64,000 nucleotides of DNA from Podarcis gaigeae. Its lineage: Eukaryota. Location: NCBI GenBank assembly GCA_964106915.2, contig OZ066923.1; one strand, 5' to 3'. Positions 14,433-27,837 of the stretch are shown piece by piece; position 1 is the stretch's first letter; the number at the start of each line of letters is the position of its first letter. The notes beneath the pieces were generated by a model, which was given only the letters and a program-made list of their open reading frames with translations, made no database searches and was not told the DNA's origin. The position numbers were made by a program, and so were the translations under genes.

Positions 14433-16584
14433 TATTAATAACCATATTTCTCAGGTACCTCCCTCCCTATATTCCAGTTAAGAAAATGAGGCGGGAAACA
14501 GCCCAAAAGGGCCTTTGTGATACTTGAAAACAGATCTCAAGGCTATTGTCACACACACACACACAATTCATTCCATTTCCAGTCATTCTCCCACAGAATC
14601 ATTTAAGCAACAAAGGAAATGCAAAGTATAAAGGAACAGGTAATTCACAAGGAACATACTTCTGGTCAAAAATGTACAAACACTGTTATAAATTTATATC
14701 ATTAGACAAGAAACAGTTGTTAGAGCCCAGACATGATGAATTGTGAAGGAGACAAGAGAGCCTACAATAAATGCAGACTGAAAACCTATGACCACAGGTG
14801 CACAACAACTGTGCTTTGGTATAGCTCATTCCAGGCTATCACCAGCAGTTCAGCTTACAATAGAAAACTGATGCCATACATTGGATTACACAGCTGATAG
14901 TTCATTGTTAGCAATGAACTGCAAAGCAAATAATGTGAACAGTTTCATTTTTTAACTACACATAATCAACATGGACTGAACAAAACAAGAGGAGCTAGGA
15001 GTCCTCCTTTAGGAAGTAAATGCACAGATTTTAGTGTTTATAATAGAGAAGTCACAATCAACGGCGGAGGTAGAACAGGCAATCAACATGCAAGCCATCT
15101 AAGACTAAGATTTTGTTTCATTTAAAGACAATTCATTGTTTCAATTCATTTAATTCCCAGCTCCACACAAACAAAAGTTGTCCCTAACAGTAGAAATTTC
15201 ACACAATACTTTATTAAATACATTTCAGGCTGAAGCAGTGCTAATTCTTCTACCCAAGTGGTTCTTAAACTATTTTCATAGGAAGCTGTCGCACTGAGTC
15301 AGACCTTTTAATTCAGTATCATCTACACTGCCTAGCAATGCCTGAGAGCTTCAGAATATTTACTAGCCCTGCCTGGAAACTATGTGCTTTTACCACTGTG
15401 TTACAGCCCTTCCTGTCAGGGGTCCCTCAATGAAAAGACTGATAAAGGCATAAATACTCATTCATTGCTTTTCTGATCTTACTATATTACCCTTGCAGTG
15501 CCCAGGCTGCATGTGATATCCACATTCTAGGGTTCAACTTACATAAAATGAGCAGCAGACCCCAAACTCTACACTAGCAATGAGGAATATAGGCAAGAAT
15601 GGTCTGCAATAGACAGATTCTGACAATAACTTGTGGAATGTTTTAAGTGGCAGTCTAATAAATGCAATAAAGAAGGGATCCAAAAGGTGAAGTTTGAGCA
15701 TTATTGTTCTAATCCTTTCCCACACTAACAACCCTCCTGAACATGCTTACATTTTAAAATTTACAGTTGTTTTCCACCAAGATAAACAGTATCATACAGT
15801 TCAATTTCTGCTCTATTGAGCTGGGCCAATAAACTGAAAATCTGATTAGTAGAATTTATATTCACTTGTGAACCAAATTATGGGAGCAGACAGACATAAC
15901 CTGAATAAAGAGCTTGCAGTGGTGCTGTGATGTCACAACTGAGCCAATATATGTCCTTGACTACTACACCCCTCTCTGGATCATTCACTCGCTGCTAGCC
16001 TTCTTCAGCTGATTAAAAGCCACAAAGCTTTATTTAGCCAAGTACCTGAAATGGGATGCTTCCCAGCTCAGGCACCCAAGTACATGATAGGTTGTTAATT
16101 TTCCCCCAGACAGGTAGAGGAAGCACAGCAGAAGTTGGCAAAGAGTAAGGGGCAATGTGGGTAGGAATGACAGTGTGGATTTCATTGTATGATTCTCTAT
16201 CAACAGTTCAGATGCAAAGTTTCCCCTGTGGCAGAGCTAAATAATATGCTTCAAGTCTGTCTCTAGTCTGTGTGTTGAGCAAGAAGCATAAGAGCACTAA
16301 AATCCCTCTAGAAACTTGACAGCTCATTTAAATCAATTATTTTACATACAGTATGCTAAGTTGCAACACACAGATATCCCTACAGCTATTATACAAAGCT
16401 GTTATTTTTTGCAGTCTTGGGCAAGGCTTTTCCACTGGCCAACTAAAAATTATGCAAAGCTTGCATTTAAAAGCTATGGTGATAAAGAGTTGAATGTCTA
16501 CTGTGGTTTAAAGAATAAAATGCCAGTGGGCAGTGACTCCATTAAGTATCACTAGCAAGCAATAAATTAGAGATGTTAACTGAC

Positions 16585-16653
16585 CTAGAAGGCTTTTTTT
16601 GACTGGTTGCAATTCCACTGTGATTAGACTGAGTTGCATATCTGGCTGTCAGA
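16585..16653 (-). CDS. NAV3: NAV3 coding exon (exon 6 equivalent), 69-nt symmetric cassette-type exon
   Basis: Encodes (S)LTARYATQSNHSGIATSQKKPS(R). CATACAG acceptor, AG|GTCAGT donor, phase 2 to 2. Confidence 0.94.
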
Positions 16654-19600
16654 CTGTATGAGAAGAAACAGAGAAATTGAATTAACGGATTTTTTTTTTT
16701 TAATATGCATAAAAAGCAAAAACTTACCACCAAATGATGACTTAATGTTATGCAAATAGAACATGGATAGAAAACAAATTAATCAAAGAATGCATTAAAT
16801 GTAATGATTATACCATGAGTTTTCAAAGTACGGACTATGTTGTAATGCAAGGCGTTGTAAACTGTCCCATCCACAGATTCCCAGAGTGGTGAAACCTATG
16901 GGAGTAAGATGTGGGAAAGGAATTGGACTGGGCAGACTGGTGCAATGTGTGTACTAAGAAACCTCTATCATCTGTTTTTCCTAAGACTAAAGAAATAACA
17001 TTTAAGATCTTACACAGGTGATACTTGACACCCCAGAGGTGCAACAGAAACAGTTCTCTATTTTCACCACACTGTTGAAGGAAATGTGGCTAGGCTGGAA
17101 GCTTCTACCATATGTGGTGATTATTAGAAGCTATACACATGGTTTAAAAGACATTCTTACAAGAGATTACTCAACAGTCTTTGCACCCTATTAGCTCTGT
17201 TAGCCATTTTTGATGGGGAGAACAGGAACATTTCTATTGGCATTCAGTTGCACACAACTGGAAGAATTTGGACAATTTATCTAAAGACTGTGGGTGCCAA
17301 CAAATCTGGTCAATTGTTCCTATAGAGAGATTTACCAAACAAGCTTTAGATGGAGAAAAAGATAATGATTTTATTGAGTTTTGGTAGGCATGTATTTCTT
17401 GTGTGAATAAGAATAAGTAAAACTCACAACTGCCAGCCCCACATGGTAATCTCTGGCAGAATGTTCTTGTTTAAGTCTTGCTTTTTTTTTGATTCAGGAG
17501 CAGAAGGGAGTGAGTGGGCGACTGGAGATACTACTTTTGTTTCTGTAATATTGTTCTTTATGTTGACCATGGTAAACTGTCCACATTCTAGGTGGGTTAA
17601 AACTCAAGATGTATCATTGCTGAGCAAACTCAGAGCTTGCTGCAGATACAAATACTGGCACTGAACTTTGCAGTAGATGCCATAAAATTTTATCTAAGCA
17701 TCCACTTTCAACACTAATTGAGGGTATCATCTTTGCTGAAGAAAGCCATTATTTATTGGGAAGGGAAACTTGTGGCCTCCAGATGTTGTTGGACTCCAAC
17801 CTCAATCAGCTCCAACTAGCAGGGCCAGTAGTTATGGATGATGGGAGCTTTAATCCAGCAACATCTGGTGGGCTGCAGTTTGCCCATTCCTGCTTTACAA
17901 GGACACCCAAAAGTATTAATGGGGACCATGTGCCATGTATTATCGTCAAACTTCATTAAAAAGCACATTAAAGATTTTATACAGCATTTTAGGGCTGTTT
18001 TACTAAAATCAACTTTTTTTGTGAGAAGACCTAACCAGAATGACAGACCAGAATGACACTGTGTAGCAGACAAATCTACTTTTTCATTATATTATGACAC
18101 ATTCGTCCCACTGTTATTATCCAGCACTACTGGCTTGGAAACATGGATACAATGACGATGTGTTCTGTAAGCACAGCCTATGCCAGAAACATGCATAGCA
18201 ATGATGCACAAAATGAAAATCAAAGGAAGGTAATGGTGTTAGTAAAGAACATAGCATGGTTAATTCTAAGAGGTGATGATAGTGACAAGTGATGTGATGT
18301 GATTTGGCCAGGAATATATGACAAGGGATGTAACTAGACCACTTATAACTTTGTGAAACTGTTGCTGGACTGTATAACTTATTACAGCTGGGAATCACAA
18401 GACTAAATCCTTCATGCCGCCACCCCTTGCTGCCCCCAAAAGTGATGGAAAGTTAGGTGCCTGACTTTTCCCATTACACAAGTGAGAGGAACACACAATT
18501 GGGAGGGAATGCAGAATGGGAAGAACGCAATAAGGTGGTGCTGAGCTGGGCTTCATCTAGATTGTCTTAGCAGTGCACAGCTAGTATTAACAGCATCAGA
18601 GAAAACACTGCTGCAATCCAGGGATTTGGAACCAAGTTCACATATACTGAGTGACGCTGTTAAAACTCAGCATTTGTCCATTTGGAAGTCAAATCTAGTA
18701 TGTTCGTAATTCTTGAATGTAACGTAATTCCAATGAACTTTAATATTTTCATACTTCAAGCTGAGTTTGGTTACAAGTTAGTTTGTATTTTCTGTGCCTG
18801 TGCAGTTGGAAAGAAAAGTGATATGGGGTGATTTGAGGGCTTTCAAACCATTTCTTTTTTATTTTAACTTCCTTGCCAATAAAGATTAGAGCTTGAACTT
18901 CCTTACATGTCAAAGTCTCTCTGGCAGACTAGGAAGCATACTTCTTGCCAGTAGTGGCTGGCGAGGCACTGTGGGTAGGACAGTTTTGTTGACTTCACTT
19001 CCCAATGCTGCACATCACTGTCATCACCAAGAGGGAGACAGCAGGAAGCTTGATATGGCAGCAGCAGTGGAGCTACTCTGATGCTCCTGCCACTACACTT
19101 GCACTGTGCTGAACTTCCCATCGATGGCCTGCTCATCCCCTTCTCAATAACTGGCCTCAACATGCAACATTGGGAAGCCAGATCAGCAAACCATTCCAGT
19201 CTGTGCCACCCTGCCAACTGCTACTGGTTCTTGCCACACACTTTCGAAGCAGGGCGAGAAATGCCCCTGGAAATGGCTCAGTGTGATCAAATAGCATTAT
19301 TTATTTTTCAGGGAGCATGCAGAGGAAGAAAGAAGACTGTCCACATGGACCTATGGAGGCAACTTTTACACACACAGCCTAATTAAGCACCAGGAAATAA
19401 ATGTTACATTATGACGTAAGTGCCATTTCCAGGGACATTTCTGGGCCTACTTTTAAACTATGTGCTCCCTAGTCTCTTAAAGGGGGCTTCTACATTTAAA
19501 GAAGTTAAATAAAATGGTTTTAAAGCACTCAGACGGCCTCACACTACTGCAGGTTTAAATTTGAAGATACTTCAACATTTTGAACTATCAAAAGAACTTT

Positions 19601-22600
19601 TGGCAAAGTTGTAATGTTGGATTTGTTACTTGGCAAGAAAATTACCCTTTTTGATTAAGCAAGTTCACCCTTCACACTAATATTGAGGAGTGAACTCTGG
19701 AAACTGTCAGAGAAAGAGAAATCAATGGGCATGGTCAAAGTTTTGTCTGGACTTTGTTAATTTTCCCCAGCAGCAGCGTGAGATGGTAATATGGAGTGGA
19801 GATAAGGGGTGAATAGGAGAGGCAAGGCTGACAACTTGGAACAACATTCAGTTTGAGGCTATGCTTGCCTGTTGGAAAAGTGAAACAAGTAAAAAGGGCT
19901 GCAATTTTGGTGTAAACCAAATCACTTGGCATTATGAATATAAAAATGATGACTATTAGTTTCTATGTGATAAGCTGGCATTATTCCCCAGTCTCTTCCT
20001 GGAAGCAAGAATGGTTCTATGTGGAAAATGGAAAAAGTACTTTGAGTGACTCACAAAGGCAGCTAGCTACTTACTGAAAAGTGACTTAAGGGAGAAAAAG
20101 TCTACATTGCAGTGCAATAGACTACTCATTTCATCAACAGGCACCACTAAACTCATGTCATCAAGAATCATAAGGGAAGAATACTAGCCTGTGGTGAATA
20201 CTAAAGCTAATAGTGAAGCCTGTGATTTATTTTTGAAGCCTTGGGTAATAAAGCAAATAGTATAGTCCTGTATTGGATTAAAAACAGGTTGCAAAGCAAT
20301 GCAGATATGCCAATAATCTGAAAAGTCAAATATGTTGTTAATTGTAGGAGCAATTTTGTCTTATATGGGAAGAAAATCCCCAAACTAACCATAAAGCTCA
20401 AAAAAACTTAAGCATACAATTTTTCTCTTTTAGTTTCCAACACTTTTAATGAGATCTCACATGTATAGCTTATATAATAGTGATAGAATATGAAAATATT
20501 ATGCACTGTAAAAACTACACCAACCTAGATATGATTATGTCTAGATATGGTTATGTTTCCTTTTACAGAGGAAAAAATATATGGCAAGAGACAGTATTCA
20601 AAACAAAATAATAAGAACACATACCATTACCAGATCTGCATGTGAACTTGTATCTTGCATTCATGTTCACAGAACAATTACACTGGAGACAACTGAGTGC
20701 CATAGAGGTTATCACAAGAAACAGGAATGCTTTAGAAATACCAGCATTGTCTTGCTTACTTGGCAAAATTAGCAAGAGCCAAAATGCACAAACTGGTGGG
20801 CACAGAGTAAAATTGCTTTACTTATCTTGCACATGACAGACATTGATCTCAACACAGTCCAGCATTCACAGCAACCAACTAAATGCCTAGCCAAGACATG
20901 AGGAAAAGAACCCTCTGTTGCAAGGCCATTACTTTATCTAGCTCCGTATTGTTTCAAATAGTCATCCCTTCCCAGCCCCTGCCTAGGGAAGCCAGGAATT
21001 GGCTACAGCCTCTGTCCTGCTGGATAAATTTGTCTACAAGTAGCATCCTCCAAACAGTAAAGTTTGTAACAGTATTTATGCACACAGTCATAATTGTAAT
21101 CCTAGTAGTTATTTTGTTTATTTAGCATGTGCATGTTGAGGTGTAGGAACCTGTGCCCCCACCCCAAAAATGTAAAGGTTCCAGGCTTTCATCAACCCCA
21201 GCTAGCACTGACAACAGTCATGGATAATGGGGGCTGTAGTCTGTCAACATCTGGTTGGGTTTCCTACTGCATTCGACTCCTTCCTTAAAGACACAGTCAG
21301 AACCGGTCAGTACCAGTCAGTACAATGTACTTGGATATGTTAGACATATTGGACAAAGTCCACCACAAAAGGCTCCTAGGGAAACTCATGGGATAGAATG
21401 AAAATGGATTGACTGAGAACTTAAAAGTTAATAACCAAAATTAGGAAACAAAGAGTAGGCAGAGGGGACCCAGCACCCTTAATCTTTGACCTCTATCCAT
21501 GCTGACTGAGGCTGATGGGAGCTAGATTCCAACATCTGGAGAGGCACAGGTAGTCCACCCATGATAAAAGCAATTCACTCAATGAACATAATCTATAAAT
21601 ACGGAAATTTGTTATTTCTTTTTACTATCCAGCAGGTGAGGTGGTAGATGTGTTGAATCACTGTGATAATGGGCTGGATGAGGATCAATTCACTCAATCA
21701 ATCAATTAAAAAAAAAGCTCATACCAGACGAAACAGAGATACTGGTAGTTCCTCCCGATACAAACAGCATGCAGTAAATAAAAAATGAACTTTAGCTATG
21801 GTTCATGACTTGTCTGGAGCAAGCCAAGGTATGACACTGGGCTTGGACATAATGCTAAACAAAACTATGGCTTGGCTCTGAAAAGAGCAGCAGGAGGAAG
21901 ACCAAGGAAGGGGCAAACAACTGTGAATTTTGCTCCATGAAGTTGTATGTTTGCTCATTTGGTCATGGTTTGTCCTAGTGTTACATGTGAACCAGGCTGT
22001 TGATTGGCTTCAAAAAAACTCACAAGAACGGCTAGTCCAGTGAGAGTCATTATTCCCTTTGCTTTTTCTGTGAAAGAGCAAAGTAAAACATTACCTACAA
22101 AAAAACCAGCCATAAGTACCAACCAGCCAAATATATTTGCTTTTCTAAAGTAACACAGGGTGAACTTTAATGAATTAAGCAAATCCATCTGGCTGTCAAG
22201 CTGCGACCACTATTTCTATATGTGATAATGTTGGTTTGCCTGCATTTAGGAATTTTGCTGACAGCTTCTTGAAATCAGTTACCGACTAATCCACAAATGG
22301 GACAGAACTTTCATCTACATGTGTTTTCCCTTAGCATCTGGGTGGTTGAAAGATCATCGCCATGGCAAGCTTAGATATATGCTGCAATGATGAAACAAAC
22401 TAGCAAAATATGTCATAAAATATAATATAATCACTGTTGCCATGCATTTCTGCTGACAGGTATAAATAAGGCCATCAGCGCTGTGACCTTTGTGTATGTG
22501 TAAAATAAACTAAAACTCGCAAGTGAAATGTAGAAAAAGAGAATTCAGCAGAACTGTTCAATATAACTATTTTCACCCCTTTCTCAGAAACAAAGGCTTA

Positions 22601-23048
22601 CTGATGGCCAAAATGTCTCTCTTGTAAAACACCCTTTCCTTTCATATTTATCTGGATGGATTTGGGGCAGTCAACATTATATCCTCCAGATGTTGCTAAA
22701 CTACAACTCCTATCATCCCTGACTCCTTGGCATCCTTTGCAGTCTAAGGAAGATGGGAGCTGTACTGCAACAACTCCTTGACAACCACAGCAATATTAAC
22801 AGCCTGGATATAAAGAAGGTTCCTCACTGGAAAGATACAAAGCTACTTAGATGCAGATTAATATGCTAACTTCCTCTCATTGCACCTTCTTTGAACATGC
22901 AAAGTGTGAATGTATTCACACATCTCTGAAGAAACATCATATGTTAGCTCTACTGGCATATGAACAAAAATAAGCCCCTACTTTGTACATTTCACGGGGA
23001 AACTGAATAATTCATGCATCCTGTCTGTTTGTTTTACCATCCAAGACT

Positions 23049-23184
23049 CAGGCATAGGCAAACTCGGCCCTCCAAATATTTTGGAACTACAACTCCCATC
23101 ATGCCTAGCTAACAGGACCAGTGGTCAGTGGTGATGGGAATTGTAGTCCCAAAACATCTGGAGGGCCAAGTTTTCCTATGCCTG
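23049..23184. mobile_element. Fold-back hAT-type MITE (ACTACAACTCCCATCA family)
   Basis: TIR CAGGCATAGGCAAACT / AGTTTTCCTATGCCTG, near-palindromic throughout. Degenerate relatives lie near 1655-1775, 17760-17890, 21140-21270, 21470-21560 and 22665-22800. Confidence 0.8.
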
Positions 23185-23456
23185 ATCCCAGTTCTCCTTA
23201 GTGCATCAGACAAAGTGATCTCCCCCCACCCCCCAGCCTTTGGAAAATGCACATTCTTCTTAGTGGAGAACTTCCCATATGCTTGTCAGCCTCTACAATG
23301 ATCTACACTGATCAAGGGCCAAGCAAAGGCTAATTACTCTGATTAATGTTTTTACAATCTACACTCCCTCACAGAGAAACATAACCATAGTGCCAGGCCA
23401 CATTTTTACCCTATTTTATTGGACCACAAGGAATGGCTCAATAGATCTTCATATTC

Positions 23457-23492
23457 CAATACATCCAATACATCCAATACATTCCAATACAT
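23457..23492. repeat. About four copies of the 9-mer CCAATACAT
   Basis: Read directly from the sequence. Confidence 0.85.
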
Positions 23493-25247
23493 CAAGATCA
23501 GTGTGAGACATTTTTTTACTGTGCACTCTTAAAGTTACAGTCATTACATTAAATGATTCTACCTGATGAAAGGTATTCAAAGTAACATAAGGAATCTCAA
23601 TGTTCCTTTTATCTTTTTTGGGGGGGGGCAGGGAATATATCCCAAACAATGCAACTCTAATTGTAATATACCAAATACAACTATTTTCAGCAATATAGTG
23701 TCCACTATGAATACTATACATGCACATTCAAACACAAATTAAGACAAACTATCTGCAAATGTTAGGATGAATGAAAACAATTTAATTTTTGGGAAATGAT
23801 TCAGTTCATTTCCAAGCCAATCACAATTTAGCCTCGCTTATCCTCCCTCCTCTGTATCTCTTGAACCCATCCCAGCTACCCTCAGTCACCCCACCCTGCA
23901 GCCCTTTCATCTTCCTTTTAAAACACGCTTACCAGCTGGGCCAGAAGTGGCAATGCTGCTCCAGCCACAGTAAAAAGCGGGAGTGTTTCTTCCTCCCACT
24001 TGGCCCCAGCCTCTTGCAAAGAACCAATTGCCCCTTGGGAAACTACATTGACTGTAATGTAAGTACTACCCAATGTAGTTATTGCAATATTATAGTGTCA
24101 TGAGCCGCAAGGCACTTTTCCTAATGACTTTACGCTTCATTGGGAAAACAGTGCACACCTGTTGCCAACTATCCTACTGTAGATTGCATTTCAATAGTTA
24201 AAGCAGAAAAAAGGAACGAGAGAGAAACACTTTTTAATTCAACTCCTTACTCTTCAAAAGCACTGAAAAGAAGATGAGTGAAAAATTTACACAAAGCAAC
24301 ATGTTGTATTCAATTAAATATATATCACAAAATGTGCAGATTTGTTCTAACCATGAATTATTAAAATAAGTGTTATGAAGTGTATTCTTTATTCATGCTT
24401 ACCAAAGTCTAATCATCTGTGTGTTGTGTTACTATTCTTACAGAATGAATTAAAGAAATATGTTTCACTGTATAAATAAAATCCTGTTGATTATCCCCTG
24501 TTGATAATCCAGATTTGAATTTTCTAGACAGCACTAACAGTGATATAACAGAGTAGTTTAGAAGCCTAGGTGAGTAGACTTCCAGTTACCATTTATTATA
24601 CCTTCTACAAACCATGTTCAGTAAACTAAAAGATAAATGCAATTTAGGAGTGTATTACTCCATTTATAAGAATGTAAACAAACCGTGCATATTATTCAGA
24701 AAAGTAATCTCTGTTGTGTTTTAAGAACTGGGTGCTTTCTTGCCCTACCAGAGAAGATCATGTTCAATTACTGTACATGGTGTAGTGACAGCCCAGAGTA
24801 CTTCCGTACTACACTATTTATGCCAAAATCATGCTATTCTGTGTAGTAAAAATAACTCTAGGAAGGGGAAGATAGGCCTTATCCCTGTAATGTTTTCACA
24901 ACAAACATTGCAACACACAAGAGTTAGAAGAATCCATACTCATTTCTTTACTCTGTATCTCATTTCACATTTCACAAGTTGATCCCCTCAATGTGCAAGA
25001 TATTTCTTTATAATTAACAAGTTTCCCCAACTCGTCACGCCACATCATTCATGCCACTGTTATTGGGAACAACAGAGAAGTTAAAGTAACTGTTTGTGTG
25101 AATGCAACCTAAGGCTGCGATGCACACTTAACTCCCCAGTCAAATTGAATTTAGGTTTAATTCCAAGTACACAAGTATTTAGAATTGTTTCTAAAGAAAA
25201 CCATTACAACATGGGAGCACTTTAATTGCATATTTTATCTGACCTAC

Positions 25248-25431
25248 CTGGACTGCATATCTTGCTGTGTTTTGGGCTGGCCAATATCAGCAGGAGGTGG
25301 AGAATGAGAGACGTGCTGCTGTAGCTCTACCAAAGACTGATAGTACTGTTGCTGTTGGTGTTGCTGCTGTTTATAACGAGACAAACTGAAAAACAGCCCT
25401 AAAATGGCTTTCAAATTTCCATTCCTTATTT
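25248..25431 (-). CDS. NAV3: NAV3 coding exon (exon 5 equivalent), end of CH domain and Q-rich segment
   Basis: 184 nt encoding (E)IRNGNLKAILGLFFSLSRYKQQQHQQQQYYQSLVELQQHVSHSPPPADIGQPKTQQDMQS, inside ORF 25244..25492. TTTTCAG acceptor, AG|GTAGG donor, phase 1 to 2. Confidence 0.97.
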
Positions 25432-26074
25432 CTGAAAAAATGAAGAAAATATAAGAATTAGACTTCTGCTCTGCATGCTTTGAAGTTTCCACATCCTCTT
25501 CAACAGCAGACCCACAGACAATGCATTGTAGGAAGTTACCAAATGCAGGTTCTCATGTGCAAGGAGGTTAGAGGTTGCAAGTATAGCTAGTAAAGCTAGC
25601 CATGTTTTATCACTCCTCACATCGTGTCCTGGCTCTCTGGAACTGAGAGTGCCTGCAGGAAGGCCCAACTGCTGCAGCTACAAACAGCTTACTACTCCAG
25701 AAAGGGGCAGAGGAGAGCTGACGTCTGGAACAGAGGAAGCCTACAAGAATCTGTAAAGGTCAGTCCGATCCATCTATAACTCATTGGAATTGTAGACATA
25801 GTCACCCCACCACTCAAGTCTATTTCCACGTTTCACCCCAGCAGAATTTGATCTCTATCAGTCTGATAGACTGGACACTTTGGATAAGCAGATTTCAAAG
25901 GTTCTCCTAGATGTCTGAAATGGTTTGCACCAATCCAAGAAGAACTAGATAAGCAATTCCTATTTTACCAAGATACAATTTTTGAGGGCCCCCTATTCGA
26001 CTCCCGCAAGCAAGAGCAAGGAGAGTCAATACCTGGCTTCATCACAACCCTATGTGCTCTCATCCAGCACTTAC

Positions 26075-26244
26075 ACAGTGAGGAGCTGGGCTTGGCTGTT
26101 CAACCTTAGCTCTGTCTCCCTATCTCCACACATGAGCACTCAGCTCAACTTGCCTCTCTACAGCCAACTTTTGCACCCAAAGACATAACAAGCAAGCAAG
26201 CAAGCTGAGTTCTAGAGGTGCAACCCTGTCTCTCTCCTTTTATA
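26075..26244 (-). promoter_or_regulatory. Candidate internal promoter and alternative first exon of NAV3
   Basis: Minus-strand TATAAAAG at 26237-26244, a YR dinucleotide about 31 nt downstream (26213), and a GTAAGT donor at 26069-26074, about 640 nt upstream of the exon 5 acceptor. Confidence 0.35.
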
Positions 26245-27541
26245 AATTAGCCTTTGCTACAGAAGCAGCTGCTGTTAATCTGTTTGATAATCTGAAGCCT
26301 TCTTTCCCCACCTGTGCTCCCATTCTAAAATTTATGAAGGTCACCAGTTCTGCTTCCCTAATAAATGAGTGTATGAAACCACATTATTAACCTCTTATTT
26401 TTTATGATTAATATGTTATTAGAAGAATTTCATTTGTAAATAAAGTGGTCAAAGAAAAAAGGGGGTGTGGGGAAAAGTGCAGAAAGTAAACTGTAACGCA
26501 ATTAGTATAATTAGCATCTACATTTCAAGCAGTTTGCAAAAATGGATAAAAAACAGACTTACAGGAAAAATTCATTACAAGGCAGCTGCCTACATTTTCT
26601 TATACTGCCCAAACTGTATAATATAGTGTTTTAAACATTAGTATGAATCAAACTACATGTTATACTTGAAACACAGCAAGGTCCTGTGCCTCCTTGTTTT
26701 CCTTTAATGTGGGGCAGATCATTATTGGGATTGTAATGTGCAGTGAGGGGGGGGCTTCTCTCTTCCTCCCCTTCCCAGGCGTGACCTCCCTGACAATCAT
26801 CTTCCAGGCAGCTACACGACTTAGAAAAAAGTTCCCAATGGTATGAATCAGATCTTGTTTTCCTAAGCCTCGTAGCTACACAGGGAGCTAATCTGGGGTA
26901 GGTAGGGGAGAATAGCTCAACAGACTAGGGATAAACTTCCCTCCCTACACAATGCAATCCATACAACAATTTGGCCTCCTCTGCTGGCAATGAAAGTTGT
27001 TGCTGTTTATTATGACTGCAGACCAATAAAATTACACAAATTACTCAAAAAAATTACACAAATAAAACATACAGCTAGTTAAAATGAAACATACAGCTAA
27101 ATAAAGCTTTAAAATGAATACATCAAAATATCTCCCCCAGACAGCCAACATACAATCTTTTTTGCAAACTTCTCAGTAATGTGGCTTTCAAAATTCCCTG
27201 AAAATGTGCTTTATAGAGGGAGAACCAGCCTCTCTCTATACTTGTTATGCAGGTTCCTACGCAAAAGAACGTGAACAACAGACTCTATTGCTTCAGCTCC
27301 ACAGAAATGCCAACCATTTGTTAACCAGAATCTTGTTGAATCATCTACTTAACAGCACAGCAAACAGCACATTAAAATGAGCAAGCACAAATGCTTTCCT
27401 ATACTCGGAGACAGGTATGAAGCTAACCCTTCCATAATATGAAGTGTCGTTAAGGAGCACCAGAGAAAAAGATTCATTAGCTGCAGTTCTCAGCTAATAA
27501 GAGAAAAGCATGGCATGTAGCTGCATGCTATGCATTAATGT

Positions 27542-27837
27542 GTAAAGGGACCCCTGACCATTAGGTCCAGTCATGGCCAACTCTGCTTTCAGCGCACCCG
27601 GCGCTCTGGGAAGCAGGCTGCTATCTGCAGCCTAGACAGCCCTGTGGGAACTCCCGCAGGGCTGCCTAGGCTGCGGATGTCTTCCTGAAGCCTGGAAAGC
27701 GAGAGGGGTCAGTGCGCACCGACCCCTCTCGCTCTCCAAGCTTCAGCAAAAGCCTGCATTCGCTCCATAGGACGCACCCAGATTTCGCCTTCATTTTTGG
27801 AGGGGGAAAAGTGTGTCCTATGGGGCGAAAAATACGG
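27542..27837. mobile_element. Chimera: about 45-nt Sauria SINE 3' end (minus strand) fused to a left-truncated Tc2/pogo-like MITE
   Basis: 27542-27585 matches the SINE tail. 27586-27837 ends GTCCTATGGGGCGAAAAATACGG|TA, homologous to the right end of the 30559 element. Confidence 0.8.

Noticed and set aside
25426-25668. Signal-peptide-like ORF (WLALLAILATS) just upstream of exon 5
   Set aside because: It has a non-ATG start, and the nearby GTAACT donor gives the wrong phase for exon 5.
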